Positions 1-12,241 of a DNA stretch of 64,000 nt are shown here, in pieces (position 1 is the stretch's first letter; each line of letters begins with the position of its first letter). The translations under genes and the position numbers were made by a program. The DNA lies in NCBI RefSeq assembly GCF_964204645.1, contig NC_134034.1, positions 2,294,072-2,358,071 on the forward strand, in the 5' to 3' direction. The notes under the pieces were generated by a model. The model saw nothing but the letters and a program-made list of their open reading frames with translations, did no database searches and was not told the origin of the DNA. The DNA comes from Tubulanus polymorphus (lineage: Eukaryota > Animalia > Nemertea).

Positions 1-677
1 TCAAGTTTCGATTGATTTTGACACAAAAATTGAACTCTGGCTATACTGTGTAACTTTCTTGTGTTTAAACGCAACTGATTTTAATCATCTACGATGAACT
101 CGGTCTGAAGTCATCGGTACAAAGTGTGACCGAAGAGTTCCGACTTTCAAACACTCTCAGTTTCGCCTTTGAAATATGACTGAATCAAAACATCCGCCTC
201 CGACAATTTGATCACTTTATGTAGATCGGCTTCGTTTGTTATAACGACTTATTGTCGCAAGACTTATTGACTTATTGTCTAGTTTGAAATACCGTATACT
301 GCGTCTATTCTCTATTAAACTATTCAAATCGAATTTTGAAATACGCCCTCGATGCTCGTTTGTAACCATTAAGATTAGGAATTTTTTCTCGCTGATAATG
401 CCCGACTCGTAAATATTTGAAAGCTATCGAAGGCTATGGCTTTGAAATGAAAATTGTTGACAAAATCGACAATTTTTTTTCAAAACTTCGAGTTGGATAT
501 ATATATAAAACAAAGTGTGGAACTACGTCCCGGGTTCTGAAACAAAACATCAGACTATCAGTTTATCAATACGTTTAGAGATATCTAGTAAATTATTTAA
601 TTGAGTTAAATTGAAAAGAGAATTTCGATCAGGTGGCTGATAAGATATGGCGGTGTTGTTAAGCGACAGGGAGTTCG

Positions 678-722
678 TTTATAGAGAATCTGCCCACAAC
701 CGGAGCCACCGACATCAACGAG
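678..722 (+). promoter_or_regulatory. Putative TATA-like promoter and tiny non-coding first exon of secreted precursor gene 1
   Basis: TTTATAGAG at 678-686, donor AG|GTAGGA at 722/723 and upstream GATA motifs (e.g. CTGATAAGATA ~638). The next acceptor (1547-1548) directly precedes the ATG, the same layout as gene 2. Confidence 0.5.
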
Positions 723-1548
723 GTAGGAATTCATTCCGTTTATCATTTTTCGTTACATTTCATGTTGTATTTTATATCGGGTGCATGAATTTCAAAACTT
801 AAAGGCCTTGGTGCCATCTTGTTCGTAGAAATGATGCAAGCCCATTTCTTGGCTGTCGGATACAAGTGATACACGTGATGGATCGAAATCCCCAACATTA
901 CATCGTTGAACCGTCTTAAAGTTCAGCATCACATGGTCAATTCTGACTCTGTTATAAGCCCGCAAAATAATAGTTTCTACATCCCCAATTACTATATCGA
1001 TGAACCTTCTAAAAGTTCAGCAACACATATTCAAGTCTGCCGCTGTTTAGACCCCGCAAACTAATAGTTTCTAGATCCCCAATCATTATGTAAATGTTAT
1101 GTGGTAATAATACATAGCCTAGCAGTTTTTGCGATCCCATCATTATAACGCCAGCTCAGATGGTCAATCATCTCGCCGTTCGGCTCTCGCAATGACATTT
1201 TATGGCTCCCACTTGCTAATAAATGCTGTATATTTGGCAATAAAACAGTTCCGAGTGGTTTCTAAATCCACATTATTATACAAATGTGTGTACGTAACGC
1301 ATTCCAGTAGTTTCTTTATCCCCATTATTATGCTAATGACATGGATGTACAAAAATCTTACAGTTCTGATGGTCGAAACACGTCGTTTAAAAACACCGCT
1401 TACTTTATCTTGTGAATCCAAAAATTCCGCAATGGTTTTTTTTACGTTGATTTTTCTGTTTAGCACCAATCTAACCAAAACAGGGCGTCTATATCGAAAA
1501 AATGATCCCTACACGATCCATTGTTTAAACAATTTCTTCACATTTCAG

Positions 1549-2721
1549 ATGAAGTCAGCGACAGTCGTGATTATTCTTTGCGCCGTTCTCGCGGCGGCGT
1601 GCTCCGCCCAAGAAACCACCGCCACCGCCGAAATCGAATCGACGGCGACGACGACCGCGAAACCGAAAACCCTACTCGATCGATTGAAAGAGAAATACGA
1701 AGAGAACAAGGAAGCTATCGTCGAGAAACTGAAGGAACTCGGAAAAGAAGCTTTAAAGCAGGCGACGGAAGCGGCGATTATGGCGGGGGAAGGTAAGTCA
1801 GGTTATGACTGATTTCGACTGATATAAATCTCATATTTCGAGTTAACAAGTAAAAATCCACAGTCGGTATTGGAAAGTTGATGTTGTAACAGTTTCGGGG
1901 GTTTATATCGTTTTGGGTAAACACCGAAACTGCTGCAAAACAGTTAGATAATCTAATTCAAAGACGTTTTTACCTGTCAGAAAAATAAATGATTTGACCT
2001 ACACGAGAGTCTGTTTGGCTTTACGTCGCTTGGATCTTGGTTTCCCAAGACTAACCCTATTGGATTATTTATTTGACCTCACGACGGGACGGCCTTGAAG
2101 CGTTGCCCACACACTGTAACCGACTATTTTCCACGCCATCTAGTGGTTTACCGATGTAGCGAGTTCCTTATTTTGCGACCTGATTGTGACGTGTATAAAT
2201 AAACCTTTGTTTCGGATTCGTAGGGAAAATCTTGGAGATGGTGGTTCAGAAAGGATTGGAGATGGCGTTAGGAGGTTTGGGCAAACGAGATCTGGATCGG
2301 CAGACGATTTCGCAGCTGGTTTCCGGCGCGATCGGAAAACTGGCCGCAACCGCTAAACAAATTGAAAACCGGATCGAACAGAAGTACGAAACGGCGATGA
2401 ACCAGTTGAAACTTGTGAAAGAACAAGTGATCGACGAATTCAACAAATCAGACCTAGCTGACGCGATGAAAATAGAAGCGAAACGAACGCAAGAATTCAT
2501 CGAGCAGGCCGCTCAAATTTTAGGTAAACCTTCGTCAGATTTTCATCGAATTAATCAAATCTATGATATGAAAGCACGTCTATGTTTCTTTTCCAGAACG
2601 AGAAGTCGGAGAATTGAGCTCGAAACTCGCTGAAGTAATCGACGAAAGTAAAAACAAATTGAACGCAGTTTTGGGAAACAAATCGATATTCGAACACGAT
2701 TTCTTGACTAGAGATAAATAA
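1549..2721 (+). CDS. Secreted amphipathic-helical precursor 1 (222 aa; signal peptide, Thr-rich linker, GGL-GKR amidation/cleavage site); family unrecognised
   Basis: Exons 1549-1792, 2224-2523 and 2597-2721, all GT-AG with phase 1/1 joins and an open frame to TAA at 2719-2721. Protein: MKSATVVIILCAVLAAACSA|QETTATAE...KLKELGKEALKQATEAAIMAGEGKILEMVVQKGLEMALGGL-GKR-DLDRQ...YETAMNQLK...FLTRDK. Aligns by eye with gene 2. Confidence 0.85.
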
Positions 2722-3754
2722 TATCGTTATCGAACATTACTCTTTAATCTATGTATCAAATATATTGACTATGCGTCAAATTTTGCAAAAAAGGTTTTAT
2801 CTTTCACATGGAATTGATATCTTCAATGATCCAGTTAATCGGTCATACGGTTCGTGATTAAAATGCGCTATGAGATCTTTAGAGCTACAGCAATAAATTA
2901 CGCTTAATCCGGACAAACTTAGACTGGTTAAAGGTGGCCCGAAGAATAAAGCGAAGACCGACTTAAAGATGAGAAAACTCGTCGCTAAGTTAGAAAGGTT
3001 AAACTAAGTAGACTTCGCTTAAGTCGGAACATTTGGGACCATAAATTGACCGAATTGAGCGATATCCGAGTTGGTTGCTATGTTATAAATAGTGTCACGG
3101 AAAAATGTTTAAAGAATTTACAATATACAAAAATAAAAAGAATTCTAAACATTTTGTAAATCATCATATATACATATATATACCCATACAGGTGGTCTCG
3201 CCTAGGGGTTGATATTCATTAGTAATCGGGCATTTTAACGAGCGATAGCTGATCTGAAACCTGTAGCCCGGAACCAGTCTCAATCCGCGGGGCTCACCGA
3301 CACCACACGCCCTGCTGCCGCAGCGATATATACCGCAATCAATTCGCCGTTTAACGATCCGCAACAAAGAGAAATTGTCGTCATTAATTTTACCGTTTGT
3401 ACCAGGTGCACGGAACTGTGCCTTCCAGCGTCTGGGGGTCGGTACTCAATCATATCCAGATACGGGGAAACGTCTCGCTAGGCGTAACCGACGCGAAAAT
3501 CGAAGTTATACTCAACGCGCAGTCGAACACAAGGTCAAGGTGAACTTTTTAGAAAATCGTCGTTAATTCGAACTCGAAAATTTGAAGAATGTATTGATAT
3601 AATTTGGGCCATGAAGTCACTCAAACGATAGTTTTGCTTCACCCGCTGAGAGGCACTTTGATAGGACTACAAGTTTATCCACTCAACGGTGGACCGATGG
3701 AGAAACGACTGTCCACCACAGTGATTCAAACCAATGAAAACACACGAACCGTTT

Positions 3755-4050
3755 ACACCTGGTGGACCCTCGCTTGCCACAAGTGGAATCCTCATATTGT
3801 CACAGTAAGCGTTATCGGGTCCTTCCTGAAATATAGAAGGAAGACTGACCTTCTACTAGCGACACCTGGTGGATCCTCAATGCAACAAGTGGAATCCTCC
3901 ATTGCCGCAGTAGTTGTTGTCCTGCTGCGCACTAGTGACACCTTGTCACTGGGGAATCCTCGATTGCCGCAGAAATTGATTATCTGCTGCGCACTAACAC
4001 CACCTGGTGGATCTTCACTTGCCACTGGTAGAATCCTCGATTGCCGCAGT
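3755..4050 (+). repeat. 77-bp tandem repeat family, array 1 (dispersed family)
   Basis: Unit ~CTGGTGGATCCTCACTTGCCACAAGTGGAATCCTCTATTGCCGCAGTAGTTGATGTCCTACTGCACACTAGCGACAC. Other arrays at ~5600-5960(-), 16920-17260, 19130-19455(-), 23030-23370, 29255-29700, 47980-48450(-), 52755-53035 and 57545-57925(-). Period of 77 measured at 48181/48258. Confidence 0.9.
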
Positions 4051-5297
4051 AGCGATGAAATATATGATAATGAGAGTTGAAATAAAACTCTAGTCTAAAG
4101 TAAACAATTCGACCCCCAGGAGGATTTCCAATCAAACACGACACGTCTATTCAACTACTCGCAATGACAGACGATCATTTTGATAACAACAATTTTCTCC
4201 CGCAGTCATTGGCTAAAAAATGCACCCTTCCTAAAAAGATGATATCATGCGCGCAGTAGGTGTTCGCGGGAGCGGGCGTTTACAACCGTTCAGGAGTTTC
4301 AATAAACGTCGTCAAATTAACACAGTTTCGACGAACAGGAATGACGGTTTGTTTCCATAGACCATTAAGTGACTGTTTGATATCAATGAAATAAAAAAAC
4401 CCACAGCGCAATAGAAAAACGAAATGAGAATTCGGCATATCGACCCAATTCTGTGTTTTAAAAAATGGCGCTTAGAATCGGGTCATAGAATTGGGTCGAA
4501 AGGTCAAATTCTCATTACGTGGGTTTTTCCTGAATGAGGAACAACGAAATTCATTCAAAGATACTCTATCAGAGGTCTTCTTTCCAATCCAAAGTCTGAA
4601 TATCGATTCAAATACTCAGTATAGAATAGCATTTTTTAGATGAGTAACAAGAAGAGAGTGAAGCTGAAATTTCGGTTTTAACGTGGCGTTAAAACGGAAA
4701 AGACAACGTTAATACCAAAAAAACTGGTTTTAACTTTACGTCAAAACGTAAAATTCATTATTGGTGGAAATCGAGTGAGTGTCATGATTTTTTTTTTCAA
4801 TGTTGCCCGAATTAGCCACCATATAAAAACGTGTCCGACACCGCTCCCAGCGTTGAAAACAAGTAAATTGAATAATTCATCGCCGAACAGCGTCAGAAAC
4901 GAACGCGCGCGGGCGAGTTCCGGGTACGATACGGCTAAATGGTAGGTAAACCGACAGCTAAGCCGGTTAGGGGATTTATCGCGGTACCTCTCGATACGGG
5001 GATGATTGACATACGAATTAATGCGCTTATTCGCGCGCGGCGGTGGCGGTTTACAAACGGTCCCTACGGATGCGTTCGCGTTGTGTCGAATACAAGCGCG
5101 TAAACGCACTATTTCGATTTGATTATCAATTGTTTTGGGAAATCCTTTAGATGAAATTGACAAAAAGTCGAAATCCTCGTGGATTGATTATACGATACGG
5201 AACAAGACAAGTATGAGAAAGAAGGAATTTTAGTGGAACAAACAGCAGAACTGGGCCCACTCGCGTAGTTCTAGTGATCAAATCACAAATCAATACA

Positions 5298-5545
5298 CCA
5301 GGGCCCAGTCTCACGAAAAAGTTTAACTCAAATATTTGTTGTAATTGCTAATGGTTAATTCATGTCTTCATTGCGGACAACAATTCAAACTTAACCGTAT
5401 TAGGCTTAAACTTGTTCGTGAAACTGGGCCCTGGATCCGGTTTCACAGTTGTGAGTTAAGATTTGACTCTGGGTTAAAACATTGAAAATGAACTAACTTT
5501 AACTCAAGAGTTAACCCTCACTCACAACTGTGGAACTGGGTCCTG
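5298..5545. mobile_element. Two abutting Harbinger/PIF-like MITEs
   Basis: GGCCCAGTCTCACGAA...TTCGTGAAACTGGGCC, then CTG, then GATCCGGTTTCACAGTTGTGAG...CTCACAACTGTGGAACTGGGTC. CWG trinucleotides at the junctions. The second family recurs at 44590-44700. Confidence 0.65.
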
Positions 5546-5599
5546 TAGTTCATTCAAATACTTTTTTCTACCCCGCCCCGATAAGTTCGTTTCAACGAC

Positions 5600-5960
5600 G
5601 CCAAGGTGGCTATATAAGAGGACTCCACTCGTTGGAATTAAGCAAACCAGGTGTCGCTAGTGTGCACTAGGACATTGACTACCGTGACGATAGAGGATTC
5701 TACTTGTGGTAAGTGAGGATCCATCAGGTGTCGCTAGTGTGCAGTAATTCCAGGAGATTCCACTTGTGACAAAACAGTGCGGATCTAACAGGTGTCGCTA
5801 GTGTGCGGTGAGACATCAACTACCGCGAGAGGATTCCACCTGTGGCAAGTGAGAATTCCCCCATTACTCTTCCATGCTACATCTTTTTTCTGCGTATCAA
5901 TGATGGCCCAGCGGTGATGCTACTGCGGCAATAGAGGATTCCACTTCTGGCAAGCGAGTA
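5600..5960 (-). repeat. 77-bp tandem repeat family array
   Basis: Repeated CCAGGTGTCGCTAGTGTGCA...AGAGGATTCCACTTGTGGCAAGTGAG. Confidence 0.85.
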
Positions 5961-6519
5961 GTTAATTCAGTCGCCCAGCAAAAAGCACGTAACTAATGCC
6001 TTGAATTGTTGCCGATTCTGTGGCGCTGAAAGGCTGCAGCGCGATTTCTCACTCCTCGCTCGCGTAAACGGCGCCTAAAACCATCAGATATTGTGTTGTG
6101 CCGCGCCGAAATTTAATTAATTACACATAAAAGGCAGGCATTAAAATACGCCGTAAGATATCCGTTAGTGAAGCGTATAAAAGCTCAAAGCGCGATTCTG
6201 ACTCGATAAAAACAATGAGATCGACGATCGATACGCCGGTTGAAATTTCAATGAATGTGAGATCTGATTCTTGAAATGCGCTTTGTTTATTTAGCTAACT
6301 GAGATTGCATTTACCTTCTACGCCCTGCATTGTTTGATATAAAGTGTCCTGGTTAAGTCTCAGTTTATGTTTGAATGAGGACTTTTATATCCAGTTCCAT
6401 ATTCCATCGCCTTAGTCGTGAGTAAGACTTGAATCTTGAGTCAAAATAAGTTGATTCTCAGTCATTTTTGAATGATTGCTATCGTCCTGATTATTTTGCT
6501 TTCATTAACTTTTACTTTA

Positions 6520-6812
6520 ACTTTATAGTCAAAATTAGTTAATTTTCTGTAACTTAAACTCTACAGTCAAAATCAGTTCATTTTCAGTAACTCAAACTCT
6601 ACAGTCAAAATTAGTTCATTTTCAGTAACTTAAACTCTACAGTCAAAATCAGTTCATTTTCAGTAACTCAAACTCGACAGTCAAAATTAGTTCATTTTCA
6701 GTGACTTAAACTCTACAGTCAAAATCAGTTCATTTTCAGTAACTCAAACTCTACAGTCAAAATCAGTTCATTTTCAGTAACTTAAACTCTACAAGCAAAA
6801 TTAGTTCGTTTT
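6520..6812 (+). repeat. 38-bp minisatellite (~7 copies)
   Basis: Unit AACTCTACAGTCAAAATCAGTTCATTTTCAGTAACTCA; period 6557 to 6595. Confidence 0.9.
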
Positions 6813-7141
6813 CTATTTTTTTCTATGCATTCAAAAGTAGTTATATTAGTTAGAACTAGCACAGAGCCGTGGATCGGGTCCAAGATCCATTCCTATAAGC
6901 GATTTAGATTTGAACTTCCAGTTAAAGGCAGTTTATTTCTCAAAATCCCGAGGAACTGTAGCCTTGAGACAATAAATCGTAACTTCGCGAAATCACATTT
7001 TCCAGATGTTTCCGAATGTCACTAATGGTTGATATTGATAAAAACCGCGATCAATTTTAACCGTTTAAATTCTTGATAACAAATCATTTTAATGTTTAAT
7101 CGATAACACATCTGTTAAGTTCGCGGTTGAAAGTGCTTTAG

Positions 7142-7198
7142 TATAAATGTGACAACACGATGACCGATGTCCGAGTCACTTGAATATACCTCGCTAAG
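7142..7198 (+). promoter_or_regulatory. TATA box and short non-coding first exon of secreted precursor gene 2
   Basis: TATAAA at 7142-7147, donor AAG|GTTAGT at 7198/7199 and several GATAA motifs at ~7030-7107. Confidence 0.6.
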
Positions 7199-7506
7199 GT
7201 TAGTTGGAATTCTAGCTTTCTAACAATTTCGTAGTTTTCTAGGCCCAGCAGTTGCATAGTCATGGCTTACATTTAAGACCAGTCTAAGACCAACTTAGTC
7301 AAAACCAGTCTTAAGATTTAAGACCATTTTTGGGCCCAGGTACGGTCTTAAATCTAGGACCGTTGTTAAATCGGTGGTTGGTTTTATAGAAGTCTGGTTT
7401 AAGAGTAGAACCGGTCATAGACTGGTTTTAGATATAAGCAATGACTGTGCTATTTTCCCCGCAGTTTTATGTTGAATTTATGATAAGACTTTTAATGTTG
7501 TTGCAG

Positions 7507-10500
7507 ATGAAATTCCTCGTGTTTTTAACTATCGCGGCCGTCGTCGGGTCCAGCTTAGCGCAACCGGAAAAGGCCGACGACACCAAACCTCTGAAACAGA
7601 GATTCAACGAGTTGATCGACCAACTGAAACAGATCGGCAAAGACACACTTGCCAGCGCTGCTCAACAGGCTCTCGCCGCCGGAAAAGGTTAGGAGGTATT
7701 TTTTGTATATCAAATAACTTCATAGTTCACCGGTTTAACAACTGGAAATGACTCGACCAGAGTCTGAATCGACCTGGATTGTGAAGCTGAAAATTACAGA
7801 ATTGCATCCATGTAATAATGATAATATCGATCATTTTAAATATAGCCGCAAAGCAGCGAAATCAGTTTTCCCATACGGCACACTAGCATAGAATACTTAC
7901 TTCGATAAACATATATACAATATTTCTAAATCAAGCTGCAAGGAATCAATCACGTCTTCTAAAAGGTTTTTGTAATGTAGGATTAGCATTTTTAGAAAAA
8001 CCAGGAAACATTTCGGACTTCATTTGCAATTATTAGTGTGATCCGTGGTATCATCACAGCACGGACACAGAGTGTTCCGATGTAGGTAATGAAATATCCT
8101 AAATATGTTATTTCCATCCGGCAGCTACACTGATCGACCTGCTGTTGAAATTGGAAATGGAACACATCGCCGGCGGTCTGGGCAAACGTAGTCTGAAGGA
8201 AGATGTTCTGGCGAACGCCGCCGATTTGTTCAACAAAGTTTCCGACGCCATCAAGTCGAACGCCGCCAAAGCGATCGTCGCCTACGAGCAGGCCATGGAC
8301 AAACTGAAGGCGACCGTCGAAAAGATGCACGAGTCAGACTTCGTCAACGGCCTCGGAGACAAAGTCAACGAAATCAAAGCCGAAATCGAAAACATCATGA
8401 GTGAGTTCTTAAGAAAAATTTTCAAAAAAAACCTCAAACATATATGATATAAGAAGAACCCCACTTTGAGTGATTTTTGAAGATTTCCGAAAATTTTTTA
8501 AACTCAAATATTATGATATATAGAAAAAAACTACCGAAGCGTTTTGAGCACAACAGACGAATATTTTTTAAATTCTTTCCTACAGCATATTTTAAAGAAA
8601 CGTAATTTCGATTGAATAGAAAATTTTGATTCGAAATATTAAGTCGAATGCATCTGAATATCTTTTCTTTTTTCTTGTGATGTCTATCTAGTCCCCGTGA
8701 CGGTTCCGTAGAACATCCCACTTTTTGAACACTTGAAAAATTAACTTTGATTTCTAAAATTTTATATGCACACGCCTGTGTTCGAAATTCAAATTACAAC
8801 AATGAAATACTAAGAAAAATATTCTACATTTTATTTAGCCCGGCCGCGTGAAAGAAAATACCGCATTTTTGTAATTTTTTAACTAAACAAAATCGAAATT
8901 TTACGGAATATTTAAAAATTGAAAATAACTTTTCAGATTTGCATATTTGCAGGCTCCATTAATTCTGTTTTTCAAGCTTACTTTCGATTTCAATCGTCAA
9001 ACTAATGAATAATGTTTGCATTTCATATATATTTATTCATTCTTCGATACGGCGACAATGTCTTTGAAAAAAAAAAAATCTTCCAGAGGAGCACAACATC
9101 GTAATGAGATCTGTCGAAGACGATATGGAATCCGACATTTCCCGGGCAGCGAAAAAAGCTAAACTCGGAAAGAAAATCGCCGATTTCTTCAAGCCACACA
9201 TCGACACAGTAAAAGGGGTAGGTATTCGTTGGAGTTTGATAAAAAAAAGAAACGTCGACTCCGTCTTGACAAGGAGTGGGAGAGCCGCGCGCGATTTTAA
9301 TAGTCTCGGAGACATCCCTGTTGGATGCACGCGTGAACGACCCAAACACGGTTTTGTTAACGCGGCTATGATTGATTTTGAACTGAAGATACTTCGTTAC
9401 TTTCTGATTTTAATTCGCTACGATGAACTCGGTCTGAAAGATATTCACATCGATACTAACTGTGAACAAACAGCGATGACTTATAAACAGTTTCGTTGGT
9501 TTCAATAAACAAATAACTGTCTAATTCAATTGAAGAAAATCCTGCAATATATAGAATGAACTTCGAGAGTAATTGACGTTTAGATTCAATCTTATGAGCC
9601 ATTTTCAAAACTAAGAGAGGGGTGACGTTTAGACTCAATTCTATGAGCCATTTTCAAAACTAAGATAGTGGTGACGTTTAGACTCAATTCTGTGAGCCCT
9701 CCCATAGCTTTTCTTTCCCGTATTGTGGGTTTTATTCAAAACATTCTTCAAAAACTCTTTAGTTTCATCTAAAACATGGCTGAAACATAATGAGCTCTTC
9801 TGGCGATCTGACCACGCGTACTATACTAGATCGACTGAATCTTAGACGAATGACGTCCTACGAAATATCTAATAGAACCCTTAATGATGACGTTCAAATA
9901 GATTTATGTATCCAGCGTTTCTTATCATTTATTTCGGGAGATTGAATAACCGAGATGTGATTAGATGTCGTCTACAGCAGGCTGCCCGTTTCACTCTGCG
10001 GAGTACTCCAAACAGTGCCATCTAGCGGAATTCTCGCTGCTCCACCAAATTTTGTGGAGTAGCGGAGTAGCGTCTGAAAGAGTCACGTGACCTGTTCTAG
10101 TGCATTTCTTTGCTCCGCACAGTGTTCGGAGTACTCCGCAGAGTGAAACGAGCAGCCTGCTGCAGTCACCGCGCAGGGAGCGACTTTCGATTTAAGACAT
10201 TCGATTGTATTTTTAGCATCTGCAAACAATCGGCGATTTGGCTAAAACGCACGCGACGAACATCCACTCGGCCGCTAAGGTGCACATTAACGATCTGGCC
10301 GATAAGATGATGGAACACGGAAAGACGTTAGTCGGACACGGGAAAACAGCCGTCGACCAGCTGAAAGAGGCCGTCACCGATATTCTAAGTAAGTAATTCG
10401 TGTCTTCTTCGCGGGGTGGACGTCATGCTTGAATGATTTATTTACTTATGATATGTACAAGATTATAAACATAATTTTTTTTGGATATAATTGCGTAGAT

Positions 10501-11345
10501 AAATAGACATATATAAGAAGGACAACCCCGAGCCCTAGGGGCTGAGCCTGATAGGGGGATTGCCTTGAGAAAAAAAATGAATTTGCTTAGAAATCTATCG
10601 CAGATATCCAGTTCAGAATGACTCTTGTGAGTTTGACTGTTCAAAGCTAATGAAAGTGTAATACTTTTGACTGTAGATTTAAAGCAATTTCAAATGAATT
10701 AGTTTTTTTTGTAAAATTAAGGAAATTGAAAATTTACCTAGTTTTTTACTGTTTAGTTTAGGTAATCGAACGAAATAAGATGATTTTGACTGTTAGAGTC
10801 AAAATGAGGATTTTGACTTTAAAATTTCAGTCATCGAAAATGAACTGATTTTGACTGTAAATTGGTAATGAACTAGAATTATGACTTTTCATTGACCTGT
10901 TCAGCAGTTGTTGGGACACATTCGGCTCAAGAGCGAGCTAATTCGACCCCGGCCACTCGAGCAGACATAAGTGTCGAATCGAAATGTAGCAAATGTAGGT
11001 AATCATAAACTTGTTAATAACAACGCAGACGTCGATAACGTATAAACTACAGGATGACATATTGCTGAGAGATGCGACGACCCCTAGACGTTCATTTCCT
11101 GCCGGTTTGAAGTCATCTTTCCCTGCAAATTTCCGATACATTAACGGCAACAGCAACAGCATCATCAGCAGCAGTCGCTTTCTATCTCAGGCCGAGCAAC
11201 TAATTTACTATTGATTACCGCTGCTGCCTTGTATTATAGCTAAATGCCAGGTTAAGGCGATAGTTAAATCAAAAGACAGCTGATGGCAAATGATACCGAG
11301 ATACATCAGCTTCAGCCGACAATCTCGTTCGCTAAAAAACGGCCA

Positions 11346-11388
<43 letters not shown>

Positions 11389-12241
11389 CTCGTAAAGTAT
11401 ACGATTGTTTCCGCAAAAATAGATCGCGACTCTCTTCCGCAATTATCGCGCTGTTCTCGGCGATACTTAGCACGCGACATCGCGGACGGTCGTTAGGTCG
11501 AAAACAATGCGCGGCGCTCGTAAAATACACTCCCGCAATTCCGCAATTCCTCCGAGATATGCTAGGAACAACTTCGATCGAAACGGATTCGCGAGAATGC
11601 GCTTCAGCGAAACTATCGAAAAAAGAATTGTTTCGTCAAGTGGCTGTCCGTAATTCGGGGGTTATTGGCCACACTTGTTATGGATTGCACAATACACCCG
11701 ACGACAATGCAACATATCATTATTGAGTTTTCTCGTATTGGGGTTCGGGTACCCCTACTGTGGCAATCGAGGATCCGCCTGGTGCGCCAGTGGTTATGCA
11801 GTTACGGCACTTCAATTTCTTCTACATTTGTCATTAGTAAATCAAATTCCAGTATAACTATACCATACGCTCTCATTAGGAGCGTCAATCTGATACCTAT
11901 TTGATGACTTGTTTGACAACATTTCCATTTTGGAGCCTAGGAATTCCAGTTCAAAATTCATTGAAAATGAACTAATTTTCATGAGTGCATTGTTAAGCCA
12001 TCTGGTACCCAATTCTATGGGTGTTCCGGTGATTTTTGGGCGATGCTTAGTATAATATTCTAGCAAACCGTACTCCTCATCGCATTCAAGCAAAAACTTC
12101 CGATTGTTCATTTATTTTTTTTTTGTCGTTGCAGATGAAACCTTCAAGAATATGGCCGGTACAATCAAAGATGCCATCGATACTGGCAAAGATTCCATCA
12201 ACACTATCACAGATCACGTTGCCGGAGCTGTAGAAGCTTAA
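7507..12241 (+). CDS. Secreted amphipathic-helical polyprotein precursor 2 (288 aa; amidated peptide A, helical peptide B, acidic spacer, His-rich 11-mer-periodic peptide C); family unrecognised
   Basis: Exons 7507-7687, 8125-8400, 9087-9217, 10217-10388 and 12135-12241. Phases 1,1,0,1 are all compatible, total 867 nt, TAA at 12239-12241, AATAAA at 12283-12288. Protein: MKFLVFLTIAAVVGSSLA|QPEK...EHIAGGL-GKR-SLKEDV...MRSVEDDMESDISRAAKK-AKLGKKIADFFKPHIDTVKGHLQTIGDLAKTH...VAGAVEA. Confidence 0.85.
9975..10162. mobile_element. MITE with ~35-bp terminal inverted repeats in an intron of gene 2
   Basis: CAGCAGGCTGCCCGTTTCACTCTGCGGAGTACTCC ... GGAGTACTCCGCAGAGTGAAACGAGCAGCCTGCTG. Confidence 0.75.

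Noticed and set aside
1129-1548. N-terminal 140 aa of ORF 1129..1812
   Set aside because: Intronic read-through. The real coding exon starts at the ATG after the acceptor (1549) with a signal peptide, as in the paralog.
7507-8190. Faint resemblance of LAAGKATLIDLL to the helical tail of ribbon-worm cytolysin A-III/parborlysins
   Set aside because: Those toxins are disulfide-rich. These mature peptides have no Cys, and the match is at the level of generic amphipathic helices.
11790-11812. Minus-strand RNCI motif as a candidate second cyclase exon
   Set aside because: It lies in a fragment of the 77-bp repeat, and the surrounding residues do not match adenylate cyclase.
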